64,000 nt of DNA from Candidatus Latescibacterota bacterium (GCA_965223905.1 CBDCXV010000001.1:544001-608000), one strand, 5' to 3'. Counted from the stretch's first letter, positions 1-13,225 are shown. Translations and numbers: made by a program. Notes: generated by a model not told the origin, from the letters alone.

Positions 1-1293
1 TCCCCCGACGTATTTTCTTCCCGGGGTCCGCTTTTTGTCGACGCCGTATTTGGGAGTGCGCCGGAAAGAACTCTGGTGTCCGACCAGGGCTTCCAGTACC
101 GCGCGCGCGTTGTTGATGCAGAGGCTGATTCCGACCGCCATGAGCGCCGGCAAGAACTTTATCTGCTTTTTCCAGTCGACGTACAGCGCTTTCTGCGAGA
201 CCAGGTAAAACCCGGAAATCGCCATGGTCGCCATCGAAAACAAAGGCAGGTCGATGATGAACATGCGATGGCGCCAGTCGAGCTCGGCGCGAATCTCGAA
301 CACAGGCAGCATCAGGATGGCCATCGCCAGCATCAGCAGGTAGGTGCTGTTGGCGGTAAGGTGAAAAGTGGCCTCGATCTTGACGGCGAGGGGAACGGGA
401 CTGCGCCAGACCCGGGGCAGGATTTTCCTCGCCGTCTGCACCGCCCCCTTGGTCCAGCGGTGCTGCTGGGACTTGAAGGCATTGATCTCGACGGGGAGCT
501 CCGCGGGAACCTCGACTTCGGGCAGGAACAGGAACTTCCACCCCGCCAACTGGGCGCGATAGCTCAGGTCGAGGTCCTCGGTCAGAGTGTCGTGCTCCCA
601 GCCTCCTGCATCGAGGATGCTGCGCTTTCTCCAGATTCCGGCGGTGCCGTTGAAATTGAAGAAGCGGCCCGAGCGATTGCGGGCGGTGTGCTCGATGACG
701 AGGTGGCCGTCGAGAAAGATCGATTGGATCCGGGTAAGCAGGGAGTATTCGCGGTTCAAATGCCCCCAGCGCATCTGAACCATGCCGATCTCCGGGTCGG
801 TGAAGTAGTCAATGACGCGCTTCAGCAGATCGGGCCGGGGGACGAAGTCGGCGTCGAGAACGAGGATGAAATCGTGCTCGGCGCGCTCGAGACCGGCGGC
901 GAGGGCTCCCGCCTTGAATCCGGCCCGGGAATCCCGGTGGAGGTATTCGATATTCAACCCCCCGGCTGCCAGCTGCTCCACCGCCTGGCGGGCGCGCTCC
1001 TGGGTCTCGTCGATGGAGTCGTCGAGAACCTGGACCTGCAGCCTGTCCCGGGGATAGTCGAGCTCGCCGACCGCCGTGAGCAGTCGGTCGACGACGTGGT
1101 ACTCGTTGTAGAGCGGCAGCTGTACGGTTACACCGGGAAGCTCTGAAAAACGGGAGGGCGGTGCTGTTGAATCGCCGCGGTGCTTGAAGTACAGCCTGAG
1201 CATGAACCAGCGGTGAAAGCCGTAGAGGCTGAGCACTGCCACGATGAGGCAATAAAGGGAGAGGCAGGCAATCTGCCAGCTGTCGAGGCTCAT
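1..1293 (-). CDS. Glycosyltransferase family 2 (cellulose synthase-like, membrane-bound); 3' end runs off the window
   Basis: Manual minus-strand translation from ATG 1293 (MSLDSWQIACLSLY...). Motifs QLPLYNE, GFKAGAL, DADF, TLTEDLDLSYRAQL, QQHRW (QxxRW) and FRRTPKY. Missing from the ORF track because it has no stop inside the window. Confidence 0.9.
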   Translation of the reverse strand, partial: MSLDSWQIACLSLYCLIVAVLSLYGFHRWFMLRLYFKHRGDSTAPPSRFSELPGVTVQLPLYNEYHVVDRLLTAVGELDYPRDRLQVQVLDDSIDETQERARQAVEQLAAGGLNIEYLHRDSRAGFKAGALAAGLERAEHDFILVLDADFVPRPDLLKRVIDYFTDPEIGMVQMRWGHLNREYSLLTRIQSIFLDGHLVIEHTARNRSGRFFNFNGTAGIWRKRSILDAGGWEHDTLTEDLDLSYRAQLAGWKFLFLPEVEVPAELPVEINAFKSQQHRWTKGAVQTARKILPRVWRSPVPLAVKIEATFHLTANSTYLLMLAMAILMLPVFEIRAELDWRHRMFIIDLPLFSMATMAISGFYLVSQKALYVDWKKQIKFLPALMAVGISLCINNARAVLEALVGHQSSFRRTPKYGVDKKRTPGRKYVGG

Positions 1294-1320
1294 GTTATGG
1301 CGGCGGGAAACGGGAGGTTA

Positions 1321-4623
<3,303 letters not shown>

Positions 4624-4960
4624 GGAACAGATAATCAGGTGTGTCGATCAGGGAGGCCGGGATTTGGTGCGCCGCGCGTCCGGGTCAGGCCCCCCGGGTT
4701 CGACATTTGCCCCTTACGGCGTCCCGTTCGGCTTTGGCGGCACAGGTATAAAAAGTACGCCAGATCCCGGAGTCCGCCACGGCCGCGGCAGTCGGAGAGG
4801 CAAGCGGAAAATCGCGGCTGCCAGACGGGGCCGCGATAGGTCCTCTACGCCACCGAGCGCCACGGGGTCCGGCGGGATCGGAAACGCCGGGGACGCCATG
4901 TAGCGGATGACAGTGGTAGGAAAAGCGGCTGAGGCAAGCCATTTTCGAGCCGCGCGGGGT

Positions 4961-5467
4961 TCAGGCTTCCCGGTTCAGCTGTCGGACGATGGCGTCGAGA
5001 ACCCCGTTGACGAATGCGTAGGAGCGCTCGGAACCGTAGGCCTTTGCCAGCTCGACAGCCTCGTCGATCGACACCATTTCCGGAATGTCGTCGAAGTGGA
5101 CGATCTCGGCCACGGCCTGCCTGAGAATGAGCGCGTCCAGTCGCGCCAGTCGCTCGCGGCTCCAGTTCGTCGCCGTGGCGGCGATCAGGTCGTCGAGCTC
5201 CTCCCGGTGACTCAGCGAGGTGCGCACCAGGGCCGCGGCGAAATCGAGATTGCCCCCGGCGATCCCGCGCCTCGGTCCGAGATCGGCCAAGGCCCTCTCG
5301 GCGTCGCCGGGGGAGCTGGCTTCCCAGTATTGAACCTGCAGAGCCAGTTGCCGGGCGCCGTTCCGGGTGTCGGCCAGCGGCTTGTCGGTCCAGGAGGGCT
5401 CTTCGTGCTCCGGGAAAAGGATGGCAGCCTCGCGGAACTCGCCGCCATCGGGGTTACGGGTGTTCAT
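4961..5467 (-). CDS. nusB: Transcription antitermination factor NusB
   Basis: ARQLALQ, W-x-x-ERL-x-x-LD, VSIDEAVELAKAYG and FVNGVLD; follows ribH as usual. Start chosen at ATG 5467 (ORF extends to 5491). Confidence 0.95.
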   Translation of the reverse strand: MNTRNPDGGEFREAAILFPEHEEPSWTDKPLADTRNGARQLALQVQYWEASSPGDAERALADLGPRRGIAGGNLDFAAALVRTSLSHREELDDLIAATATNWSRERLARLDALILRQAVAEIVHFDDIPEMVSIDEAVELAKAYGSERSYAFVNGVLDAIVRQLNREA

Positions 5468-5528
5468 GGGATTCTGGAATCCGCGATGCAACGGCGGCCC
5501 GATTCACGCGGAACTGGGCGCGCAAGCA

Positions 5529-5996
5529 CTACGACAACTCCGCCATCAGTGCCGCCATTTCGATGGCGTTCAGCGCCGCATCCCACCCCCGGTTTCCCGC
5601 GCGGCCCCCGGCCCGTGCGACCGCCTGGTCGACGTTGTCGGTAGTCAGGACCCCGAAGGTGACCGGGACGCCGGTATCGAGACCGACGCGGGAGATCCCG
5701 CGGGCGGTTTCCGCGGCTACGAAGTCGAAGTGGGGCGTGTCCGAGCGTACGACGGCGCCGAGACAGATCACGACATCGAACCTTCCGCTGCGCGCCAGTT
5801 TTTGCGCGACGATGGGCAGCTCGAACGAGCCGGGAACCCAGAAGACCTCGATGTCCCCCCCGTCGCAGCCGTAGCGTTTCAATCCGTCGAGCGCGGCGTC
5901 GAGCAAGCGGCGGGTTATGGAGAGGTTGAAGCGGCTGACGACAACGGCGAAGGTGCGCCCCGCGGCGTCGAGCCGGGGTTCATCCACCGCCGGCAT
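5529..5996 (-). CDS. ribH: 6,7-dimethyl-8-ribityllumazine synthase
   Basis: VVSRFN, VPGSFELP, TPHFDFV, PVTFGVLT. Confidence 0.97.
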   Translation of the reverse strand: MPAVDEPRLDAAGRTFAVVVSRFNLSITRRLLDAALDGLKRYGCDGGDIEVFWVPGSFELPIVAQKLARSGRFDVVICLGAVVRSDTPHFDFVAAETARGISRVGLDTGVPVTFGVLTTDNVDQAVARAGGRAGNRGWDAALNAIEMAALMAELS

Positions 5997-7263
5997 TCCC
6001 CGTCTCCTTTTTCGAGTCGCCGCCCTCCTTCGGCTTCCGCAGGATGGTGAGGTGGCCCAGCTTGTCGCGCTTGGTCTGCAGGTAGTGGATGTTGTGCGGG
6101 TTCGGCGACACGGCGATCGGCACCTGCTCGACGACGGTCAACCCGTAGCCCTCGAGGCCGACCCGCTTTCGCGGGTTGTTGGTCAGGAAGCGGACGCGGC
6201 GCAGGCCGAGGTCGTACAGCACCTGCGCGCCGACCCCGTAGTCGCGCGCGTCGGCAGGCAGACCGAGGGCGTGGTTGGCCTCGATGGTATCCAGACCTTC
6301 CGCCTGCTGAAGTTCGTAAGCTTTCAGCTTGTGAATGAGACCGATGCCGCGGCCCTCGTGGCTCTGGATGTAGACGATGACGCCCCGCCCCTCGGCGGCG
6401 ATCATCTCGAAGGATCGCTCCAGCTGTTCGCCGCAGTCGCACAGGTAGGAGCCGAGGGCGTCGCCGGTCACACAGCAGGAGTGCATGCGCACCAGAGTAT
6501 CCTCTCCGTCGAGCTCTCCCATCGCCAGTGCCAGGTAGGGCGACCCGTCGACGAGGCTGCGGTAGGCGTAGGCAGCGAACTCCCCGTAACGGGTCGGCAA
6601 CTGCGCGCGTGCCTCGAGGGCGATCAGCTTCTCGGTGCGGCGGCGGTAGGCGATCAGGTCGCGGATCGTGGCAATCCTGAAGCCGTGGCGCTCGGCGAAC
6701 GAGAGCAGGTAGGGGGTGGGGGCCAGCTCTCCGTCGTCGTCGAGAATGGTCGCTATCAGGGCGACGGGCTGACAATCGGCCATGGTCGCCAGGTCGACGG
6801 AGGCCTCGGTGTGTCCGGCGCGCCGCAAAACCCCCCCAGCCTGGGCCCGCAACGGCGTGACGTGACCGGGTTGCACGAAGTCGCCGGACTGCGACTTCGG
6901 GTCGGCCAGCCTGGCGACGGTCCTGGCGCGGTCCTGTGCGGAAACCCCGGTGCCCTGAATGTCCGCGGCGTTCACCGGGGTCAAGATCGCCGCGCCGCGA
7001 GGCCCGCGGCCTCCGGCATGGAACGTGTCGATTCCCAGCGCCGCGAGGCGCTCCTGTCCGGCGGTGACGTACAGGGGACCGCCGCTGTGCCGGGTCATGA
7101 AGTTGATCGCCTCGGCGCCAGCGAGCTCGGCGACCATTACCAGCTCTCCCTCACCCACCAGCTCGGCCCCGTCGATGTCGGTGGCGCGCTCGTCGACGAG
7201 GACGATCATCCGTCCCGCCTGGAGCTCCTCCACTACCTCTTCGATGGTGTTGAAATCGGACAC
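5980..7263 (-). CDS. ribBA: Bifunctional DHBP synthase / GTP cyclohydrolase II (DHBP synthase half atypical)
   Basis: N-domain has GVSAQDR, PGH and RAGHTEA. C-domain has RMHSCCVTGD..CDCGEQL, EGRGIGL, DARDYG and TNNPRK. Confidence 0.92.
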   Translation of the reverse strand: MSDFNTIEEVVEELQAGRMIVLVDERATDIDGAELVGEGELVMVAELAGAEAINFMTRHSGGPLYVTAGQERLAALGIDTFHAGGRGPRGAAILTPVNAADIQGTGVSAQDRARTVARLADPKSQSGDFVQPGHVTPLRAQAGGVLRRAGHTEASVDLATMADCQPVALIATILDDDGELAPTPYLLSFAERHGFRIATIRDLIAYRRRTEKLIALEARAQLPTRYGEFAAYAYRSLVDGSPYLALAMGELDGEDTLVRMHSCCVTGDALGSYLCDCGEQLERSFEMIAAEGRGVIVYIQSHEGRGIGLIHKLKAYELQQAEGLDTIEANHALGLPADARDYGVGAQVLYDLGLRRVRFLTNNPRKRVGLEGYGLTVVEQVPIAVSPNPHNIHYLQTKRDKLGHLTILRKPKEGGDSKKETGNAGGG

Positions 7264-7299
7264 GACTATGTTGGCGGGTTGCGGTGCGGGGGAAGGGGG

Positions 7300-7923
7300 T
7301 TAGCGGACCGGAGGCGAAGCTTCCTGACCGCCGACCGAGGTCTCCAGGAGGCGCGCCACGTATCGCGCCAGGACGTCGATTTCCAGGTTGACAGGGTCTC
7401 CGGCTCGCCGCCCGGAAAGGTTCGTGTGTCGTAAGGTATGGGGTATGATAGCGGCGGTAAAGGTGGTTCCGGAGACCTCGACGACCGTCAGGCTGATGCC
7501 GTCGACGGCGATCGATCCCTTGCCGGCGACGAAGCGGCGAAGCCCGCTGGGCATCTCGATTTCGAGGATGCGGTTCTCACCGTCGCGCTCGAACCGGCGC
7601 AGCGATCCTACGCCGTCCACGTGTCCCAGCACCACGTGTCCCCCGAGGCGGCCGTCGGCCCTCATCGAGCGCTCGAGATTGACGGCATCTCCCGGTTCCA
7701 GTGAGCCGAGGTTGGTGCGCCGCAGGGTTTCCTCGACGGATTCGACCAGGAAGCGGCCGTCCGCCCTCTCGACGACGGTCTGGCAGGCCCCGTTGATACT
7801 GATGCTGTCGCCGACCGCGGTTCCATCGGCAGGGAGCACCGAGGCGATTTCCAGGCGCTGAAAGCCCTCCTGCCGCTCCACGCTCCGAACCGTGCCGACT
7901 TCTTCGATCAGCCCGGTGAACAT
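7300..7923 (-). CDS. ribE: Riboflavin synthase (alpha chain)
   Basis: Canonical start MFTGLIEEVG at ATG 7923 inside ORF 7300..8778; GGHVVLGHVDG, KGSIAVDGISLT, VNLEID. Confidence 0.96.
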   Translation of the reverse strand: MFTGLIEEVGTVRSVERQEGFQRLEIASVLPADGTAVGDSISINGACQTVVERADGRFLVESVEETLRRTNLGSLEPGDAVNLERSMRADGRLGGHVVLGHVDGVGSLRRFERDGENRILEIEMPSGLRRFVAGKGSIAVDGISLTVVEVSGTTFTAAIIPHTLRHTNLSGRRAGDPVNLEIDVLARYVARLLETSVGGQEASPPVR

Positions 7924-9002
7924 GGATAGACCACTTTTCCGGAGAGCAGCGCGTCTTCCCCGAGCCGCTTCAGTTCCATCCGTTCGAGGGAGATCCCCTG
8001 ATCGACCTGTCCGATGCCCAGGTCGCCCACGCCGCTGATCCCGGCGCCGAGAAGTAGCGGTGCCACGTAGAGCATCAGCTGGTCGACGATCCTGTCTGCG
8101 AGCGCCGCGGTGGCAAGGTCCCGGCCTCCTTCGATCAGCAGGCTGATCATGCCGCGCTCGCCGGCGGCGCGAACCAGACGGCGGAGGTCGACGCGGCCTT
8201 CTTCGGCGGGGAAGGTCCAGATTTCCGCACCGGCCGCCTCGAACTCGCGGCGGCGCTCCTCCGGGGTGGAGTCCGCGGTGATCAGCACCGCGGTGCCCCG
8301 CCGGAAGAGGGCCGCCCGCGGCGAGACCCGGAGTCTTCCGTCGACGACCATCGGACGCGGGTCGCGGCCGCGCACGTGGCGAACCGTGAGCTCGGGGTCG
8401 TCGGAAAGAACGGTCCCGGCCCCCACGACGACGCCGTCGACCCAGGAACGCCAGCGATGGGCGTGGCGGCGGGCCGGCTTGCCGGTGATCCAGCGCGAGG
8501 CGCCGTTTCGGGTGGCGATGCATCCGTCGAGGCTCTGCGCCAGCTTGAGGACGACCCACGGCCTTCCGGTTCGGCGATGGGTAAGGAAGGCGGCGTTGTC
8601 GCGCTCCGCCTCGGCGGCGAGGAGCCCCACCTCGACGTCGATTCCCGCTTCGCGAAGGCGCGCGAACCCGCGTCCGCTCACGCGTTCGTCGGGATCCTCC
8701 AGGGCGCAGACGAGGCGGCTGATTCCGGCGGCGGCGACGGCGTCGGCGCACGGGGGGGTGGTCCCGTGGTGAGCGCACGGCTCCAGGGTGACGTAGAGGG
8801 TAGCGTCCCGGCAGCGCTCTCCGGCCGCGGCGAGCGCCTCGACCTCGGCGTGAGTTCCGCCCCGGCGCCGGTAGGCTCCCTCCCCGACCACTTCCTCACC
8901 GCGCACCACTACCGCCCCGACCAGGGCCCCCGGACTGACGCGCCCCCGGCCTCGCCTCGCCAGGCGCAGGGCGCGGCGCATGTGGAGCAGGTCCGCTTTC
9001 AC
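7908..9002 (-). CDS. ribD: Bifunctional deaminase/reductase RibD
   Basis: HAEVEAL, LEPCAHHGTTPPC, KLAQSLDG, SRWITG, DDPELTVR, LLIEGG. Confidence 0.96.
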   Translation of the reverse strand: MKADLLHMRRALRLARRGRGRVSPGALVGAVVVRGEEVVGEGAYRRRGGTHAEVEALAAAGERCRDATLYVTLEPCAHHGTTPPCADAVAAAGISRLVCALEDPDERVSGRGFARLREAGIDVEVGLLAAEAERDNAAFLTHRRTGRPWVVLKLAQSLDGCIATRNGASRWITGKPARRHAHRWRSWVDGVVVGAGTVLSDDPELTVRHVRGRDPRPMVVDGRLRVSPRAALFRRGTAVLITADSTPEERRREFEAAGAEIWTFPAEEGRVDLRRLVRAAGERGMISLLIEGGRDLATAALADRIVDQLMLYVAPLLLGAGISGVGDLGIGQVDQGISLERMELKRLGEDALLSGKVVYPCSPG

Positions 9003-11146
9003 TCGACGTTAACGATCACCTGCCGGGACCCGATGTTGTCGAGCCGGTCCCAGGCCTGCACCGCGATCACGTGCTCGCCGGGCCCCAGGTTTTCCAGGGT
9101 GAAGCGGGCGCTCTCGCGGGAAGAGTCGAACATGCCGTCTGCCGGCTCTATCTGGTACACGGTTTCACCGTAGTCGATGGAATACTGGGCGCGCCGGATT
9201 TCGCTGACGCGGTCGCTGATTTCGACCGCGACCTCCGGGGTGCGCCTGCCGACGGCCTTCAGCTCGACTACCGGTGGGCTGTTGTCGAGCAGGAACGGGT
9301 CGCTGATGCGCTCGTGCCGAAGGGCGCTTTCGACCGGGTTGTCGGGGCGGTCGGAGACGACCAGCTTCAACCGCGTGCGTCCCTCGGGCATGTGCTCCGT
9401 GTCCCAGAGAAGGGAGTTCTGGGCGGTGTTCTCCTTGACCAGCTTCCACTCCGACTGTCCGTCTCCGCGCAGGAAGATGTCGTAGGCCAGCTTGTCGCCG
9501 TTGGGATCCAGGGCCTGCCAGCGGACCATGCGCAGACTCTTGCGCTGCGCCGGCCGCCGCGGGTCCCGGCCCTGGCTACCGGCCCTGGCCGCGCTCTGGT
9601 CGGAGGAGCCGTTGCCGCCGGACTGGCGCGGGCGGAACGGGAACGTCCGCAGCTCGACGATCCGCGGCGCCAGGTTGGTCTGCTGGGCGCTGAAGGCGAC
9701 GCGCCGGATTTCCGGACTGGCGCCGCGGCCGGAGTGGAGGATTAGGCGGTACTGCAGATAGCGCGCCGGAGGGCTGGTGATGGCTGCCCCCATGCCCAGT
9801 TCCGGCGACCACTCGCTCCAGGTCGGGTCGGGCTCGGCGCTGTTTCCCGAACGGGTCTGCACCGAAAGCCCGGTACCCGCCGGCGTGTCGGCGTCCCACT
9901 CGATGCGGCCCCACCGGGAGTTGAGCTCGAGGTCCTCCACCTGCGAGAGGAACTCCCCCTCATCGGCGAAATGCGGCGACAGCCTCCAGATGTCGCCCGA
10001 CTGCGCGGCGCCGACGAACACGCCTCGCTCGCTTGCCAGGAGCCGGTTCGGCGACAGTGAATCGAGGCGCGCCACCACCTCGAACTCACCTCGGTCCGGG
10101 AACAGTCGAACCAGCTGACCGTCGCCACCGGCCGCGGCGAGAAAGCTGCCGCCCGCTTCCGGTTGCAAATCGAAAATCGGGGCGCCGGTCTGCCAGAGAT
10201 TCGTCAGGGCGCCGGTTGCGTGGACGAGCAGAACCGCCGACCGGCTCTTCTCCTCGTCGGACCCCGGGCCCTCGGAAAGGGCGCTGATAAGCAGCCGGCC
10301 TTCCTTGGCGGCGGCAATGCGGTTGACCTCGTCGAACGCCGTCTCGCATACCAGGCGATGTTGACCTGGTTCGGGCCCCAGCTCATAGAGCCTGCCGGCA
10401 TGGACGTCGCCGCCGGCGTTCGTTTCCCCTCCGTTTTCTTCCGCGTCCTGGCGGGGTCCGGCGGTGGCGGCAAACAGGCGGTCTCCTCTGTGCAGCAAGG
10501 CCATCACGTGCCGTTCGGAGCTGCTCCACAGGGTGTCGAGCCGGCCGTCGGCACTCACCCTGACCACTCCGCCGGGCTCCCCGACCGCGGCAAGGACGCG
10601 CCCCTTTTTGTCGAGGGCCAGATCCCACACGTAGCGGCTCCCGGTCTCGGCGGTGAGGACAGGGGCGCCGTCTTCGTCGAGCCGGTAGACGAGGCCGCCG
10701 GGCGAGGTGCCGATCACCAGATTTCCGCGGCGGTCGAAGAGGGCGGCGTGAACGGCGACCTCCGGGGAATCGAAAACCAGCTCGGCTTCCCCGGAGTCGC
10801 GGACGCGCACCACCTGGCCCCCGTCGCCCGTGCCGGCGTAGAGCAAGCCGTCGGGGCCGTCGGCCAGGGCCCATATCCGCTCGGCATCGAGGCCGGCCAA
10901 TCGAACCAGGGCCGGGGCGGCGCGCAGCACGCCCTCCGAGTCGATGCCGACCCCCCGTGCCCTGCCCGCGGCAAACTCCTCGAAGCTGCTGTGCTCAAGG
11001 TGTCGGGGGAGCACGGCGCCGGCGGTCGAGGGCAACAGCAGGGCTGCGGCGAGAGCACCGATCAAAAGGCCGCAACGGGCCAGGGCGGGAGACCGTGTCA
11101 CTGATACCTCTTCGGGTTGGAGCGCCGCTTCTTTCCGCCGATCCAT
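8999..11146 (-). CDS. Secreted beta-propeller protein with C-terminal Ig/FN3-like domains (conserved hypothetical)
   Basis: Signal-peptide-like N-terminus; repeated blades (IWALA..DGLLYAGTG, YVWDLALD); TRSGNS..PD.TWSEWS..SPPARYLQY; DNSPPV. Overlaps the ribD start. True start may be about 45 nt downstream. Confidence 0.75.
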   Translation of the reverse strand: MDRRKEAALQPEEVSVTRSPALARCGLLIGALAAALLLPSTAGAVLPRHLEHSSFEEFAAGRARGVGIDSEGVLRAAPALVRLAGLDAERIWALADGPDGLLYAGTGDGGQVVRVRDSGEAELVFDSPEVAVHAALFDRRGNLVIGTSPGGLVYRLDEDGAPVLTAETGSRYVWDLALDKKGRVLAAVGEPGGVVRVSADGRLDTLWSSSERHVMALLHRGDRLFAATAGPRQDAEENGGETNAGGDVHAGRLYELGPEPGQHRLVCETAFDEVNRIAAAKEGRLLISALSEGPGSDEEKSRSAVLLVHATGALTNLWQTGAPIFDLQPEAGGSFLAAAGGDGQLVRLFPDRGEFEVVARLDSLSPNRLLASERGVFVGAAQSGDIWRLSPHFADEGEFLSQVEDLELNSRWGRIEWDADTPAGTGLSVQTRSGNSAEPDPTWSEWSPELGMGAAITSPPARYLQYRLILHSGRGASPEIRRVAFSAQQTNLAPRIVELRTFPFRPRQSGGNGSSDQSAARAGSQGRDPRRPAQRKSLRMVRWQALDPNGDKLAYDIFLRGDGQSEWKLVKENTAQNSLLWDTEHMPEGRTRLKLVVSDRPDNPVESALRHERISDPFLLDNSPPVVELKAVGRRTPEVAVEISDRVSEIRRAQYSIDYGETVYQIEPADGMFDSSRESARFTLENLGPGEHVIAVQAWDRLDNIGSRQVIVNVE

Positions 11147-11200
11147 CCTGTCCCGGGCGGCGGCTGATATCTTTCCGGATTTCGTTTCAAAAAACAGTTC

Positions 11201-12979
11201 TCATTCGGCTGCGCGGCGTCTGATCTCCAGCGGCAGGCTCCGTTCCCCGACGAGCGCGTACCGGGTGCGAACCTGGCTCCGCGCCACCACCCGCCCGCTG
11301 ACCGGAGCCACGCGCCCGCTTCCGGTGTCTGCAGACAGCACGGCGTGAGCCGACGGCGGCAGTCCCGGCAGCTCGCGGCCGTCGACGCTCATCGCCGCCT
11401 CGGGGCGAAACAGCTCGATCACCAGGTCGTCGCGGCGGGCGCTGCGGTTGAGCAACCGGATAAGCTGCTCGTTGTTGCGCGGTCGGAACCCGTCGGGCCG
11501 CCGCGCCATCTCCCAGGCCCGGGCACTGCGGCCGCTGCCGATCCGCACCTCGACGGGGCCGGAAACAGCGGTCCGCGGGACGCGCACCTCCACCACGCGC
11601 TCTTCTTCGGGTTGCCTGTGAGGGCGCAGCATCACGCGCACCGAAACTGCGTCCCCCGGCGAAGCGGCGGCCGCCGAAAGGAGGCGCGCTTCGACGATTT
11701 CGGCGCGCCGGGATTCCTCCGCGACCTCGACAGTGAGATCGAGCGAATCGACGCCGATGCGCTCGAAGGGCCCCCCCAGCGCCAGTCGCAACGGTTCGGC
11801 CAACTCGCGGGCGGCGTCGAACACCGCGGCGCGGCCGGAGTACAGATCGGCGCGCTCGACGCGGGCACCGTTTTCGAGATACAGGGTCGCATCGGCGATC
11901 AGGCTGGATTCCCCGGTCAGGCTGGCAGCCGGTTCGAGAGCCGAGAGAATGACGACTCGTGCGAGAAAGGGGGTGAGCAGGTCGTGCCGCAGCAGCTCGA
12001 ACGAAAAGCGCTCGCCGTCGGTCGTGCCGGACAGTTCGAGCGCCAGCGGCAACACCGCCGCCCGGGCGCCGGCAACGCCGGCAATGCCCGACCAGCGATC
12101 CTGGCGCACGGCCCCGATTTCGGCGCCGGCCGCACCCAGCTTGAACGAGGCGAACCGGCTCGGCAGCACGCCGTGGATGCGGGCCCCGGAGAGCGGCAGG
12201 TCGACGGCCCCCAGCTCGAGGAGAGGGTGTCCGAGACCGACGAGGCGGTCGCCGTCGCGGTGGGTGAGAGTGCCGATGGCGACGGCGCTGAAATCGCCGC
12301 TTACGAACGGGACGCCCAACGCCGCCCCAGGTTGCATGGAGCCGGCATCAGTGGGGCCGGAAGATCCTCCAGCAGCCGGCCCCAAGGCGGTTGCGAAGCC
12401 GTAGTCAGCCATGAATTCGTCGAGCATCCGCGCCGCAGTCGGCGAGAAGCCGCTCAGCGAGAGGGGAGTCGCCAGCGGCTCGAGCGGGCCCGGATGGGAT
12501 TTCCGGTCCCCCCCGCCACTCCCTTCCTCGAATCCGGCTTGATCCCCATTCTCCCCGCCCGTCTCGAGACCGCGCTCCATCACCGCCAGCATGTCGGCGA
12601 TAGGGGTGATTCCGCAGATCGGCTCCTTCGAAAACGCCCAGCCGAACGAAACCGCTCCCAGCAGCCGCCCGTCGATGTAGACGGGACTGCCGCTCATGCC
12701 GCGAATCACTCCGGTCTCCTCGAGTCCCGCCCCCGACAAGCGGGCGAGGATGAGGTTCTTCCCGGGACGGAGGCGGTTGCGCTCGAGACCGATGATCTCG
12801 ACGCCGAAGGTGTCGATGGCGGTTCCGCGAAAGACGGATAAGCCGATCCCGGAGAGACCGGGGCGCACCTCATCCTGGGGATAAAACTCGACGGGCGAAG
12901 CGGCGGCCGCGCCCGCAAGGAACCAGAGGGCAAGCGTTGCCGCCCGGCGGGTGGATAGCTGTAACTCTTTGTGCGGCAA
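11201..12979 (-). CDS. SpoIVB-like peptidase S55 domain protein, secreted
   Basis: Signal peptide; TGVIRGMSGSPVYIDGRLLGAVS (S55 serine motif); AIGTLT..GLGHP. Confidence 0.88.
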   Translation of the reverse strand: MPHKELQLSTRRAATLALWFLAGAAAASPVEFYPQDEVRPGLSGIGLSVFRGTAIDTFGVEIIGLERNRLRPGKNLILARLSGAGLEETGVIRGMSGSPVYIDGRLLGAVSFGWAFSKEPICGITPIADMLAVMERGLETGGENGDQAGFEEGSGGGDRKSHPGPLEPLATPLSLSGFSPTAARMLDEFMADYGFATALGPAAGGSSGPTDAGSMQPGAALGVPFVSGDFSAVAIGTLTHRDGDRLVGLGHPLLELGAVDLPLSGARIHGVLPSRFASFKLGAAGAEIGAVRQDRWSGIAGVAGARAAVLPLALELSGTTDGERFSFELLRHDLLTPFLARVVILSALEPAASLTGESSLIADATLYLENGARVERADLYSGRAAVFDAARELAEPLRLALGGPFERIGVDSLDLTVEVAEESRRAEIVEARLLSAAAASPGDAVSVRVMLRPHRQPEEERVVEVRVPRTAVSGPVEVRIGSGRSARAWEMARRPDGFRPRNNEQLIRLLNRSARRDDLVIELFRPEAAMSVDGRELPGLPPSAHAVLSADTGSGRVAPVSGRVVARSQVRTRYALVGERSLPLEIRRRAAE

Positions 12980-13010
12980 CTCAGTACAGTTTCATTGAGG
13001 GAAAGGGAAA

Positions 13011-13039
13011 AATCTAGCCGCCGGCCCGGAAACCGTCAA
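13011..13039 (-). promoter_or_regulatory. Putative sigma70 promoter for the S55-propeller-rib run
   Basis: TTGACG-17 nt-TAGATT on the minus strand, about 30 nt upstream of the S55 start. Confidence 0.6.
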
Positions 13040-13104
13040 GCGCTGCTGATGGAGATGTCCTTCGCCATGGAAGCCCCCGACCCCCCGAGAAGGCACCGGG
13101 ATAC

Positions 13105-13134
13105 TTGACGCGAAGAATCAGGAGGTGGTACGCT
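13105..13134 (+). promoter_or_regulatory. Putative sigma70 promoter for ftsY
   Basis: TTGACG-18 nt-TACGCT with an extended -10 TGn. Confidence 0.55.
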
Positions 13135-13225
13135 TGCAGTCCACCTGAGTTGTGACTGATCCACGGGGCCTCCTCCAATCCACGGGGACCCCCCCCGACC
13201 CATCCCGGCCCCGAAGGCCTCATTT

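Noticed and set aside
76-1146. Long plus-strand ORF and many similar long antisense ORFs (e.g. 3385-4839, 5917-7434, 16087-17898, 24165-26198, 54935-56698)
   Set aside because: Shadow ORFs opposite well-supported genes, expected in high-GC DNA; no recognisable motifs.
4624-4960. Structured RNA or leader peptide upstream of secA
   Set aside because: Only short GC-rich stems and low-complexity ORFs; no recognisable family.
12980-13225. FMN riboswitch for the rib genes
   Set aside because: No RFN consensus (e.g. AGGGCGGGGTGAAATTCCC) here or directly upstream of ribD.
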